This document shows positions 12,479-24,165 of a stretch of 64,000 nucleotides of DNA, piece by piece. Numbering within the stretch: the first letter of the stretch is position 1; the number at the start of each line of letters is the position of its first letter. Both the position numbers and the translations under genes were made by a program. The DNA lies in contig MU008166.1 of the NCBI GenBank assembly GCA_010909165.1, positions 124,001-188,000 on the forward strand. The letters are read 5' to 3'. The notes beneath the pieces were generated by a model that saw only the letters and a list, made by a program, of their open reading frames with translations, searched no databases and was not told where the DNA came from. Source of the DNA: Anthoceros angustus (Eukaryota; Plantae; Anthocerotophyta).

Positions 12479-12606
12479 ATGTTACCCAAGCATGACTCTT
12501 GGCTGACCAGTACGGCGTTCTTGGCTTCCGTCCTTAGTTGGTATGGAGCATGTGCAAAGGTTCTCATTGACCAGGGCATTGACCAGGGCAAAGAATTCCG
12601 TGGGAA
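12479..12606 (+). mobile_element. Ty3/Gypsy integrase core fragment
   Basis: TAFLASVLSWYGACAKVLIDQG(IDQG)KEFRG resembles AFLDRVLSRFGAPAEVLTDQGREF. Contains a 12-bp duplication ATTGACCAGGGC. Confidence 0.65.
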
Positions 12607-13420
12607 CACTATAAGAATCGTAGGTATTTTACAACGCATATTACACCCTAATTTACAAGTTCATGTTATAAACACGATCATTTATACCTTTGTAGACCGA
12701 CAGCTTAACTAGGTTGTGAAACTGCTGATGTGGCAGGGAAGATTGCCATGTCAGCTAACCAGGCGGGTAGGGTTTCCGGGTAGCCGTTTTACAACTCTAG
12801 TTACAACGTTGTTCTCGTTAACAACCTAAGTGACAACGCCATTTACAATGTGGTTGTCTTGTAATCTAGGTTATAAAGTAGGTTGTTAATGGGTGACTGA
12901 CTTAATTAGGTTGTAAAAGTGGGTCTATTTACAACGTATTTTACAATATACCTTACAACCTCATTTACAACCTTCATACACCCTTACCTTATAACATAGA
13001 GTACAACCTTATTTACAATGTATGTTACAACCTACTATACAACCTACTGTACAACCTACTATACAACCTAATGTACAACCTCAATTACAGCGTCGTTCAC
13101 ATCGTCATTCACAACGTCGTTCACAGCGTCGGTCATAGCGTCGTTGAAAGCGTCATTCACAGCGTCGATCATAGCGTCGTTGATAGCGTTGTTGACAACC
13201 TCATTGACAGCGTCGTTGGCAGCCTCGTTCACAGTGTTGTTGACAGCGTTGTTGAAAGCCTCGTTCACATCCTCGTTCACAGCCCCGTTGACAGCCTCAT
13301 TCACAGCCTCGTTCACAGCCTCGTTCACAGCCCCGTTGACAGCCTCGTTCACAGCATCGTTGATTGCCTCATTCACAGCTTCGTTCACAGCCTCATTCAC
13401 AGCCTCGTTCACAGCCTCGT
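12607..13420 (+). mobile_element. Left end of a CACTA (EnSpm) element with subterminal repeats
   Basis: CACTATAAGAATC begins exactly where the integrase frame breaks, followed by many TACAACC/GGTTGTA motifs in both orientations. The right TIR was not found. Confidence 0.65.
13030..13420. repeat. 12-bp minisatellite (TACAACCTACTA grading to CACAGCCTCGTT)
   Basis: About 30 units; produces the spurious NEAV/TASF ORFs. Confidence 0.95.
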
Positions 13421-14022
13421 ATTATTGTATGCAGCTCAATTTGGTTTGAGGGGTCATAGGTTGAGGTCCATGTGGACTAACCTTGCTTCCTTGGAACATC
13501 TGAAGTCTACGAGGTCGTTCACCAAGCGACCTGATCATGTTGTCAAGGATTTGCTAGCATCGGGAAGGCAAGCTGCCGCACTTCCCTGTGAACATGCCTG
13601 GACACTCCATGGCGGCCCAACCAACCTTTGTGTCCAAGTCCAAGTCTTACGCCTTCAAGAACCATGGCTCTGGCGTTGTGGTGGATTGACATGGCGAGGT
13701 CTTGGGAGAGCCAACAGCCACAGAGAAGGAGTTGGCTATGGGATTTGCTGCCGGAGGCACGAAGACACCGGGAGTGACCGAGAAGGAACGATGTCGATTG
13801 CTTGGGCAAGCATTTGATATGAACATGATGACCTGGTTGTTCAGCGCTGGAGTCGCTTACCACCTTCGAAACTAGAAGAAGGCGGGTTGAAGCAGCGCGT
13901 TTGGTGGGCAAAGGACATTCAAGTACTCGCATCTCAAGAGGAGAAGGCGAGTTTGGAGGGCAAGGAGAGTAAGCACAGTGAGGAAGTGTGCAAGCCATCT
14001 GAGCCACAACCACATGAGTGGT

Positions 14023-14612
14023 AGTTAGAATTGCATATGCGGAAGCGATTGCATTGAAGATGCTTTCTTAGCAATTGTATTAAGGTGGATCAAAGGTAGG
14101 CCTTATATAGCGGTTTACGAAGAGGTGTGTCCTTTCAACTACCATGCTAGTTAACTAACTGCACTTTATAGCTAGGTCTAGTTAGAGTAACCAACGTGAT
14201 ACAGAACCACGTGGTCTGCCTTATTTCTAACTCTCCCTCTCAGACACGCGCGAGTTGTTGTGTCTTGAAAGCTCCATAACACAAAAGGAGATATCACAGT
14301 TGAAGTCAGGCATCAATCACCTTCACGTTGGCCCCAAGAGTCAGTCACACTTCCTCGCACTGAGCCTGTAGCCTATAGAAACTCACGAAGAAGAGCACTA
14401 CCCTTAGTTGGAAATAAGACAGACCACATGATTCTGTGTCACCTTGGTTAGTTAATTGGATCTAGTTATAAATAGTAGTTAATTAACTAACAGGCTAGTT
14501 GAAAGGACACACCCCTTCGTAAAACCGCTATAAAAGGCCTACCTATGAACCTTTTAATATAGTTGCTAGAAACCATGTTCTAGGCAATCGCTTCCGCATA
14601 GCATCTCTAACT
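14023..14612. mobile_element. Two related ~210-bp LTR-like sequences in inverted orientation (14023-14232 minus, 14406-14612 plus)
   Basis: The arms are reverse complements with scattered mismatches, each bounded by AGTT(A/G)G...CTAACT. The plus copy is followed by PBS-like TGGTATTAGAGC (14613). The minus copy is preceded on its strand by the purine tract GAGAGGGAG. Confidence 0.75.
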
Positions 14613-15485
14613 TGGTATTAGAGCAATGATTCTCCATGGACTTGCTAGCTATTTCTTCCTTGTTTTTGATAGTAGAGAGAAAAGGAAATAGCATATCAAA
14701 TTAAATTTGTGCTTTTCTTAAGAGTATGAGGGACTCCAATGGTCCTAGATATACGTCTTAAAAAGAAAAAGAAAAAATAGATAAGAAAATTCACTTCACA
14801 ATATCATTGAGGATTTCAATAATCCAAGATGTGAGTCTTAGGTGTTTTTGATCATTTTCTGTATAAAGAAGAAGGTTCTCGAGAACATGATGGGTTGCAA
14901 GGGCTCTAGTTTTGTATCTCGTCAACCTAAGTGTTCATTATTAAAAGCAAATAGTTTAGAATTTGCATAAGTTAAAAGCAAGCAAATCTAGATTGAAAGG
15001 TTTGTGTTGTTAAAATATTCTTTTAGGTAGTCTGAAATGCTAGTCCAATCTAGAGTTTTTAATTAGAAAATAGAGTTTCTAATTTAGAATTTCTAAAAGG
15101 AAAAAAAAGACAATAGAAACAAACCATGAAAACCTACTGAGCTTGCCTAATATTGCTCCCGAAGTCTCCTTGATGTTTAAAACAGCTTTTGTGCTTACGG
15201 TCCTACGGAGAATGGAGTTGTGTTCAAGGGAGTCAGAGTTGCTTCCGGACGCTTGGCCGTGTTCCTCGAGAGTAGGTCTGTAGTCCTCGTTGGGAGTACG
15301 AATATTTTGTACTAGCTGTTCAGTGTGTTGGCAAGCTATCTCTGCACGTTGCGATCGCGGACTGGTGGAAAGATGCAGACATACATCTCTAGGTCTCGGG
15401 GAGTGGAAGAAGGAGAATGTATGGATTAAACAAGACTCAGGTGGTATACAGAGACGTGATGGCCTTGGGGTTCGTCGACGATATA

Positions 15486-18400
15486 CTAGTGCAGTCTCGT
15501 GAGCTCCTCTACTCTTTTGCACAGCTCCTCAACGGAGACATCCAACGAGCTTGCTATCTCTTCCATTCTGTTACGATTCAAGTCGAGGAAGGATTCAATC
15601 AGATCACCATCTAAGAAGTTCCTGGCCTCCACAGTCTTCCGCTCGTTGCTGAATGACCGCCACTGTTCATGGCTGAGGCCTCCAACGCCTTTTATTACCT
15701 TCACCAGGCTTTGTTGCAGCTTGAACAGAAACTGGTATTGCTCCTGTGGGAGAGAAGCAATTACCCCGATAACGCCATTGACGGTTCCAAAGATGACAGT
15801 GGGAATCTGGCTTGCCTCACTGTCAGGTAACCGCATCACCAAGGACCCATGCCGGAAGCGATTCACCATCTCACCAAGATGGTACTCGCCAACCACCTCT
15901 AGTCTCCCCCGTTCTTCATCTGTGGCAGCATCACTGTTTTTCCTCACAGTGAACAAGTTAAAGCTATTCTCGGCTCCAAGAAAGGTGTCATCGTCAAGGA
16001 TTTCAGTAGCTGTCATCCAATTTGCATTGTAATCTCGAGCGCGCTCCTCTATAGCTCCCTCCTCAGGCTGTGAACAATACAACACTATGTGAACACTGAC
16101 ACCGGTAGAAAACCTAACAAAACGGGAGAACACAAGACTGCAGGGTATGCTCCGGAGCGTCTTCAATCAAACAACAACTTACCTTGTAGATCAGAAGAGA
16201 AATGGATTTCATTAGATCACCAACCACCACAAAGTCTCCCCGTGACTGGACAAAAAGTGCCAATATGTGACCATGATGCCCACACTCAGGCTGCAGCTCG
16301 CGTGAGCCATCGTCCCGTACAGTCCACTTGTACAGCTGAATCTTTTGATTAATACCAGCTAGCAACTTCCCATTGAAGGCATTCAGATTGTAGACAGCTC
16401 CCTTGGTCTCCTTTTCTGTAATGAGCTGCAGCTTCCCGTCTTCTACCACAAACACAAGAATCCTTCCCTGCAAGAAGACACCAGAAAGCAGAAATTTTTA
16501 TACTTGCACCATACATTCTTCAGTTTAACTCAAATAAATACCTCTGCCCTCACCTTACTAGGCTCATTTTCCTCGGGGAGGGCATATGCAGTACCCACAC
16601 AATAGTAAACACTGGGATCATCACTGAATGAGCAAGTAATGATCGAGCATCCATTCTCATATGCATCAAGAGTGTGCGAGCCAATAATCTCAAACGTCTG
16701 GTCATCGATTAGCCTAACGTAATGTGTCTCCATGTCCTCATTAGAAGCACTTTGTGAGTATTTTGCACTGCAAATCCCAAAAGTTCGAGAATGCTCCTGA
16801 TGACAAATCCTGCGAGGATGCTCTCCAAGAGGAACAGTTCGAATGTGAAGCTTCTGTATGTCGTCAATGGTTCCAATTGTGAGTGCACCTTCCTTTCCAA
16901 TTGCCAAGCTGCCAGCATTGCAGAAATGGACATCGAAGCAACCCATGTGAGAAACACACAACAGCACAACAGCACAACAATGCATCTTCAGTATTGCAAG
17001 CTTTTCAAGAAGATTGAGCAGCAAAGAATGGCATAAGGATGTGTCAGGAATCACCTGTCTGGAAAAGGAGCGGAGTTAAATGGACACATATGGTTTACTT
17101 CCTTCAGATTAACATTGCTGTAGAGCAGTTTGCGGTTACTGCTGTAAATTACCGTTGGACGATCTGAGGCTGCAAACACATGCGTAGCATTCTTGGACCG
17201 AAAAGTCCGCAGAGTAATTGGCTGAGTGCCAAGAGAAATTTTCTTTCGATCAGTTAGAAAACCACTCTGGATGTCCAGCACAAAATTGAAGAGATGCCCG
17301 TCCCCGAGGGCGCATAGTAAATAAGGTATCTGGCATAACATCAAAAAAGATGGTGAGCACCTGTCCAGCTTCAACATGATACCAAAAACGGACGAATAAA
17401 TCCCAACAATTAGATCTTGCTCCTTCAGCTTTTGGAAGCAAAATACTAGGGCTTACCCCTTCAAATGCACAGAATAAAACAGAGCGGGGAATGATCTCTC
17501 CTCCTAAACTTTCTTTGGCTATCAACTCCAAGTTTGGAAGTGAGAAAATTCGGACAGTGATATCTGTCCACATCCCTACAGCTGCTAAGTGGCTCCTGTC
17601 AGGATTGTCTCCAACTGGATTGATGTCAAGACACGATATTTCATATTCGAGCTGGACATGGCGCAACTGAGTGAGTGTCCTTAGCCCTATTTCTAGATAT
17701 ACCAGATTCCCACCACCTGTAGCCAAAAGGACCTGCCATGAACATTAAATGTAAGTGATTCCCCCTCTCACAAAGGGGATGGTTCAATAAAATTTGGAAA
17801 CAAACCTGTGAAGCATTTGCAGTAGCGACATTTATGGAGATTCCTGGTGGAGCCTTCCACTCTGTCAAAAGTGTTCCAGATGATGCATCTACTAACCGAA
17901 GTGAGCTTGCTGTCACCTACGATGAGTGTAAGATTATCAGAAACGTGCAACAAATCGCGCACTTGCCAACAGCAATCAATGGACTTGCTACTTTGATAAC
18001 AGCAGACAAGCCTGTCCACAATGCCAATTGAACTGCTGGACCTGAACCAAACCTGGATCAGCTGGTCATTGATTGCATTGTGACAGAACAAAGTTTGCCC
18101 GTCAGACTCAAAGCCTTCAATCTCTGTCTCCTCCAGTTCATCATCATCATTCATTGCTAATACACGTGTTTCACTTATGAAGCTTACAACCAGAAACTTA
18201 TCATATGCATCCATTGATGATGCACGCAGCGACCACATCCCCTTAATGCCTTGCAACTCTGCAGAAGCCTGTAATGCCGTGACATCAGCAATTGGGACAG
18301 AAGCCAAGTAGATCAAAGTACAAAAGCAGATAACCATCAAGACTTGATACAAGATAGCTCACCTGCTCATTAATGCCGATGCCATTCCGAACAATCCGGA

Positions 18401-21400
18401 GAGAGCCATCCTTAAACGCTCCAGAACATGTGACTACTTGGCCCTGACCCTGCCTCTCAAGGTCTACTACACACAAGTCTACTATAGGTCCAAGATTTAC
18501 AAAGCTCTCCAGGACCTCCACATAGGACCCTTTCGCATCTGTCTGCGAGTTCAATCTAATGAGCTGCAAGGACAACAGTATAATTAGAGAAGTACAGGCA
18601 TTAATAACACAATGCAACAGCATACTGATGCCCTATCAATCACATAACCTGTTGTGGCACAACAAGGTAGCGTCAAAACAAATAAAACATTCACTAACAA
18701 TATGCAGAGAGATCATCAAATCCAAAAGCACAAGGCACACTGACCTGCGAGTCTCCGTAACTAGAACCAACATAGACCACTCCGTTGTCGAGGTACGCTA
18801 AGGTTGAGGCAGCAGACGTTTCTCCCAGGGGCTCCACCTTCAATCCCTGCACCCTGGAAGACGAAACAGATCCTGTGACTGGCAACTCAATCCGACGTAC
18901 AGCCATCTCAACCTGAATGTTATTTGATGAATTACTTTTCATTCTCGTGAGTGATCACAAGAAGATGAAGCATGCCATTATAGTCGCTCAAGAGGTAGCG
19001 CGACCCATCCGAATCAACTCTCCCATACGCCTTGGTGATTGACTGAAAGGGATGAAAGTACGGCCTTAGAGGGATATCCTGGCAATTCTTACAGCATAAA
19101 TCGGCAAGAAAGTCCACAGGGCATGCATAACATTGCAGTGTCCTACCTATTCATACTTTCAAACAATCACCAAAACAACCCGTGGGAACTCTTGAACCTG
19201 GTTGTATTACCGGCCGAATTGGGATTGCTTTGAAGACCTTTCCATTATAGTAAACAATGGTCTGTTCCCCAATGATAATCGCTCCTCCAAGGGGAAGAGG
19301 GACAGGAATTAATAAACTAGCACCATTATCTAAGTTGTTCTGCGACCACGGGCCGTCTCCAAAGTCCTTCTCCTTCAGTTGCACCTCGTAAGTTTTCACA
19401 TGACGAGCATCCTTGTTGTCCTGCAAGCCAAAGCCAGCATATTATACATGCATGCTTGAGCAAAGACTTTCTTCTGTCTTACTTCTGCAGCTTTTCTGGA
19501 CTTCTTTAAGAAAATTTCAAGCAAAATGACTTAGAGCAACAAAAGAAGAGGCATGCCTGGTATAAAACAGCTATTGTCGGCTTTGGACACCCATACAGAA
19601 ACTTGATGTCCAGAACTTGCAATTCCTCCAGCCTGCAGCAAGAATTGAGGCGTGTGATTTTTCTGTCATATGCCCCTACTTTGCCGACCAAGTTCGATCA
19701 GGCCCTGGGACATTTTGACGGGAAGCTATCCAAAGACAAATCACCTCGGTACGCAGATCTCAAACCCTGTTCATTCTACGACGTCTAGCAGATAACATTG
19801 AACAGGAAAGAGAAAGGTTAAAAAATTACCTGATGTTGAAAGCTTCCTTCAGGTGCCCCTTGGGATCAATTGGGATGACCTGCCAGAATTCCAACAGGCC
19901 CATGGTATCAAATTGTACGTACCAAAACAACCTTCAAATATGTTTCCTACTGAGAACCAAAAACCAGCAGTATTTCTGAGGAAGAAGGGTAAAAATCCTG
20001 CCACGCCATGGTCTGAAGTATGCCTCTTTAAGATGATTGGAGGGTTTAAGTTCAGCTACAGCTGTAGATAAGCTACAGCCTCAGTTTCTACAAAGGAAGT
20101 CCCAACAGTAGGTCAACAGCAAGAACGTAGCCCTACCTTAAACAGTGAGTCATAAAGATGTAGCCCTATGAGTCTGCAATCTGGATCGACAATACCAATC
20201 TGCATTCAAAAGTTGCCACAGAGATCAGTGCCACATCATAGGGAGCAATCCACTGTCAAACATATGCCAAAGAATTTACCGGTCCATTGTCTGCAGGACG
20301 CCCTATTCTGTCAGACACATCCCCCATGGCTCTGTAGCAAGAATATTATCACATCAGCTTGCATCCAATTTCCCATTCCAGCTTGTGCAGAGACATAAGA
20401 GTGGTGCAAACCAGTAACTTAACGACAGCAGCTGGGGTTCTGGGCCATATTACTTGGTGACAAGTTCACTGTTTTCCGAATCCCAGCTGAGAACACAGAA
20501 CTTGTATCGTTCTGTAGATATGAACAGAACATCTTGGAATTCATTCTGAAATCATCCACAAATTAGGTTCCAAATCCGAGCACTCAGAGAATAAGGTCTT
20601 CTCTGAATACTGATACGAACTTGACACTTAAGTACAACAGAAGTGTGCTAGACGAACCGGAGGACGAAAGAGTTCAAGTGTGGCAATCCGTCCATAAATT
20701 GGAACGTCAAGCATGGGCTGCGAGAGAGCACACAGAAAAATGACCTTAAATACGAATGATACAACGCCATGCGGAACAAATCTCAGGTTGCTAATACCAA
20801 GGCAAGCAAAAGAACAAGTTTAGACCTCAGGGTCTAATTCCACATACCTGCAATCCTTGAGATGTAAGAAGATGGATCTCTATACGAGTGCATTTTCTGC
20901 AGTAGAAAGGTTAAGGATCCATAACCCCTTCAATCGCCTAGATCCACATTCAGCTCACAAATTGACCAGAATTACAGTCCAGCACAGCGCTAAGCAGGTA
21001 CATCCGTCCACATTAATGAGAATGCAAGTGACCTGGCTGAAGCCCCATTTGGACCCGATGTACAGACTGATACAACCCGCTCTTGAAGCTAATGAACATA
21101 TGCCACCTCCACAGCCCTCAACTGCAACTTCTTCTTAGTCCACGTTGAACCCTAATGACGTGCAGCACAGCTAGACCCCTCCTGACTCCCCCAGTGCGAT
21201 GCAGCCATAGACGACTTCAACCTACCCCTAATTGCCTACACCAACCTGCCAGCTAGCAGATCTCGAAGCAATGAATCTGCCACTGTACTACCCCTCTGTA
21301 AGGCCACATAAACCCTAATCGTGTCCTGAGCAGCTAGACCCTCCATCAGTTCACTGCAGCCATGAACGAATTCAACCTACCCCTGTTTGCCTACACCGAG

Positions 21401-21580
21401 TTCTAGCTTCCCGGCTTCCTGCACGTTACCGTGAGAACCAAACCAGATACAGCAGGACAACAAGGAGAAAGGATACGCAATGATGAGGTTGAGCTCATTG
21501 GGGCTGGTGAAGTTGCCAACGCACGAGTGCGTGACGTTTGTGGGCTTGTGCGCGGTGACCACGTAATTAAACACACTCAT
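15486..21580 (-). CDS. DDB1: DNA damage-binding protein 1 (CUL4 adaptor), multi-exon
   Basis: Exon 1 [35 protein letters not shown] (21580-21477) and exon 2 [11 protein letters not shown]. Internal [46 protein letters not shown]-terminus [14 protein letters not shown]...RVEELTRLH*. Splice sites are consistent. Confidence 0.98.
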
Positions 21581-22028
21581 GGCGGGAAATCTGTGGGTCC
21601 TGTTGATTCCCAGCGCCTCGCAGCACGACGCACATGCTCCAGCAGCTTCAGAGGCTAACAGATTGGCGGGGTTCCAAGTCGAAGGCAGAGGAACCCCGGA
21701 CCAGCTCAGCTTCTTGCAGACAGCAGCTAACGAAATAGCTGACAAAGTTAATCGTTTTGCAATTGTTTTTTATGAGTCAGCCCCAGCAACAAACAAGCAT
21801 GAAATACAACACCATATACATATGAAGCCCTGAACTTAAATTAAGCCTATGCAATCATGGAGTTGAGCAACTTAACAATGAACTCTGGCCTCTTCTCTTT
21901 CCACGTACAGTTGTGAGCTACCACTGCCATCCACCATTCCGGATCCCATTTGGCCCGTTGTCCCATGGGGGCAACGTATTGCTACGCATGACGTCGTTCG
22001 TTCGCGATGTCATGTTTCCGATAACTAT

Positions 22029-22116
22029 GGAGAGCGGATTTTTTTATTGCGTAATGGCGTGTCACTCATGGCGGAGAGCGGATTTTTTCATTGCGTAATG
22101 GCGTGTCACTCATGGC
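22029..22116. repeat. 44-bp direct tandem duplication upstream of DDB1
   Basis: GGAGAGCGGATTTTTT.ATTGCGTAATGGCGTGTCACTCATGGC twice. Confidence 0.9.
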
Positions 22117-22214
22117 AGACCTTTTTTATACTAGGGGGAGCAAATTTATATCGCTGATGTGGTTGTCACGGATCCCACAAGAGACTCTATAAACGAGCAT
22201 GTTATTATCAAATC

Positions 22215-22490
22215 CCCGGGCTGGGCGGCGGAAGGATGCGCAATCAGCAAGACTCACAAGTACTCTCCTATGCAAGACGACCATGTTTTCATCCCCTCGA
22301 GACTCATGGGGCTATGGGCAAGGACTTCTCTAGGTTAATTAAGGAGTGTGCAAAAGCCTATCACAGCCACAGGAATTGGAGGGGCCTCCCCCTTTCCTTC
22401 GTGGTGGCTTTCTTTCGCCAACGGGTTTCCATAGCTCTACAAAAAGCGCTGGCTAGCGCTGTTTATAGGACGGCTACGTGCACAGGACTA
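22215..22490 (+). mobile_element. 3' end of a restriction-like-endonuclease non-LTR retrotransposon (CRE/R2-type), 5'-truncated
   Basis: AAEGCAISKTHKY...HVFIP(L)ETHGAMG...FFRQRVSIALQKALASA, the typical RLE C-terminus. Confidence 0.7.
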
Positions 22491-24165
22491 GCGGCTTCTT
22501 TGGCACCGATGTTAGCTAGGCCCTTCATCATCCCTGATCACGATATCATTGGTGCAGGAGGTAGTTACGGGAAAGGCATTCGAAGGACTAGGACTTCCCC
22601 TTTTACTATTAGCCCTTTTTGGGTTGTTCCTCCTCGGACTTCAGGGGTAGATGGGATTCCCCATCTCGCCTATTAATAACGTCTACTTTTCTTCTACAAT
22701 GAACTTAGACTTCTAAAAAAATTGCATCATACTCCTTGTAAGGGCTTTCCATGGGCACCACTTATGCTGCCATGAGACAAATGTGCTCTTAGAAAACTCC
22801 CTCGTTGTTAGAAGTGTGACACATGTTGGATGTGCAAATTAAAAGATCTAATCCGACTTAAAAGCTAGTGGAATTGGGCATTTCCACAAAGTACTAGAGG
22901 AATTGGCATCCCCAATTTTCTGCCAACCTCATGGTTAAGCAAGTGGTATCATGTCGAAGTCTCAATTTGAGATCCATGGTCTTTGTGGGGTTAAAAGCAA
23001 CTCTAGACTGGCCATGATCTCACTTGTCCCATGGGAGCTTTGTGAGACCCAGTGTGGCCCTTGAGCCATACCGTTGTTTTACATAGGCTATTCATGTAAT
23101 GTATTGAAATTCACAATGATGGTAATCATAATCCATCGAATTGAAAACACCAACTACCAAGCTGGCATCATGATGCGTTTCTCCAGGTCGTGTAGAGAGC
23201 CAGGGTCTGAACTCTGAGAGGCACTCCCGCTAATGCTGCTTTCCCACTCCAGAATTCTCTTGCTCGCGATCCTATCTTCTGCTCTTCTCCAGAGCAGGCG
23301 GATGGGTAGCCTAAGCTCACTCACAGCTTCAAGCAGGCGGTGGAGATTGGACGGGCCCCAGCAAGAGCTTGAGAAATTTGCAGTTACGACGATGGACAAA
23401 TTCTATGCTAGAAGCCTGAAGGCCTATAGTTGGGATCTCCTCAGCCTGACGTCGCTGCCCCAGGAGTCCAGACTCGGTGGGTGTTGACATCATATAATCA
23501 GAGATGCCTGCAGCTACAGCCAGGGGCAGGCTCCTGTGCCCCAGACACTTGTCCAGCCCGGAACTCACCATACAATTAGTGGAAGTGCTTGTGTAGAAGT
23601 CTAGGAGGTGGTGAGAAGGAACGCACATGATGCCGTCTATGAGGATTTAATGCTTTCGTGTAAGCTTGCGCTGAAGCTTTTGTCGTAGTCCTGCAGGGAA
23701 GTACTGAGCCAGCACCATATATAACTTAGCCTGGTCGCCTCGTGCAGAAATGGTCTCACCTTGGCCTATCCCAGTCTCCTGGTCGTGCCGGTTTCCTCCA
23801 TCCTCGACCAGGGCATATCTGATACAGGGGGAGTAAAACAATGATCTGGTCAGTGGGAGGTTAGAAGAGGTCCGCAATAAGCGGTGTAAAATAATGATCT
23901 GTGAGGATTTCTGCCACTCCTGTGCCACAAAAACTGATTTAGCTTGGGCTTTTGTTATCAAGTGACCCGACCAATGCTCACGCCCTGGACAAGTAAAATG
24001 GGCCCGAGTCCGAGCAACCAACGAGGGCTGTAGGGCGCGTACCAACGCCCTGACCCAGCCAGCCACATGGGTGAATTCGCGGCACACAAGGGCAAAGCTG
24101 GAGGGACTGTGGGTCACCCACCCACCCACAGGTTCTTGTGACACTGGCCGTTTGAAGCAAGACTG

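Noticed and set aside
13068-13449. NEAV-, TASF- and HSLV-repeat ORFs
   Set aside because: They are products of a stop-free 12-bp minisatellite open in several frames, with no coding context.
14019-14616. MITE with 4-bp TSD TGGT
   Set aside because: The right TGGT is the start of a PBS and the left arm has a PPT, so an inverted LTR pair explains it better.
23150-23830. Possible small spliced gene on the minus strand (plausible donors and acceptors)
   Set aside because: No frame gives a recognisable or consistently open protein. It could be a UTR or lncRNA but is unsupported.
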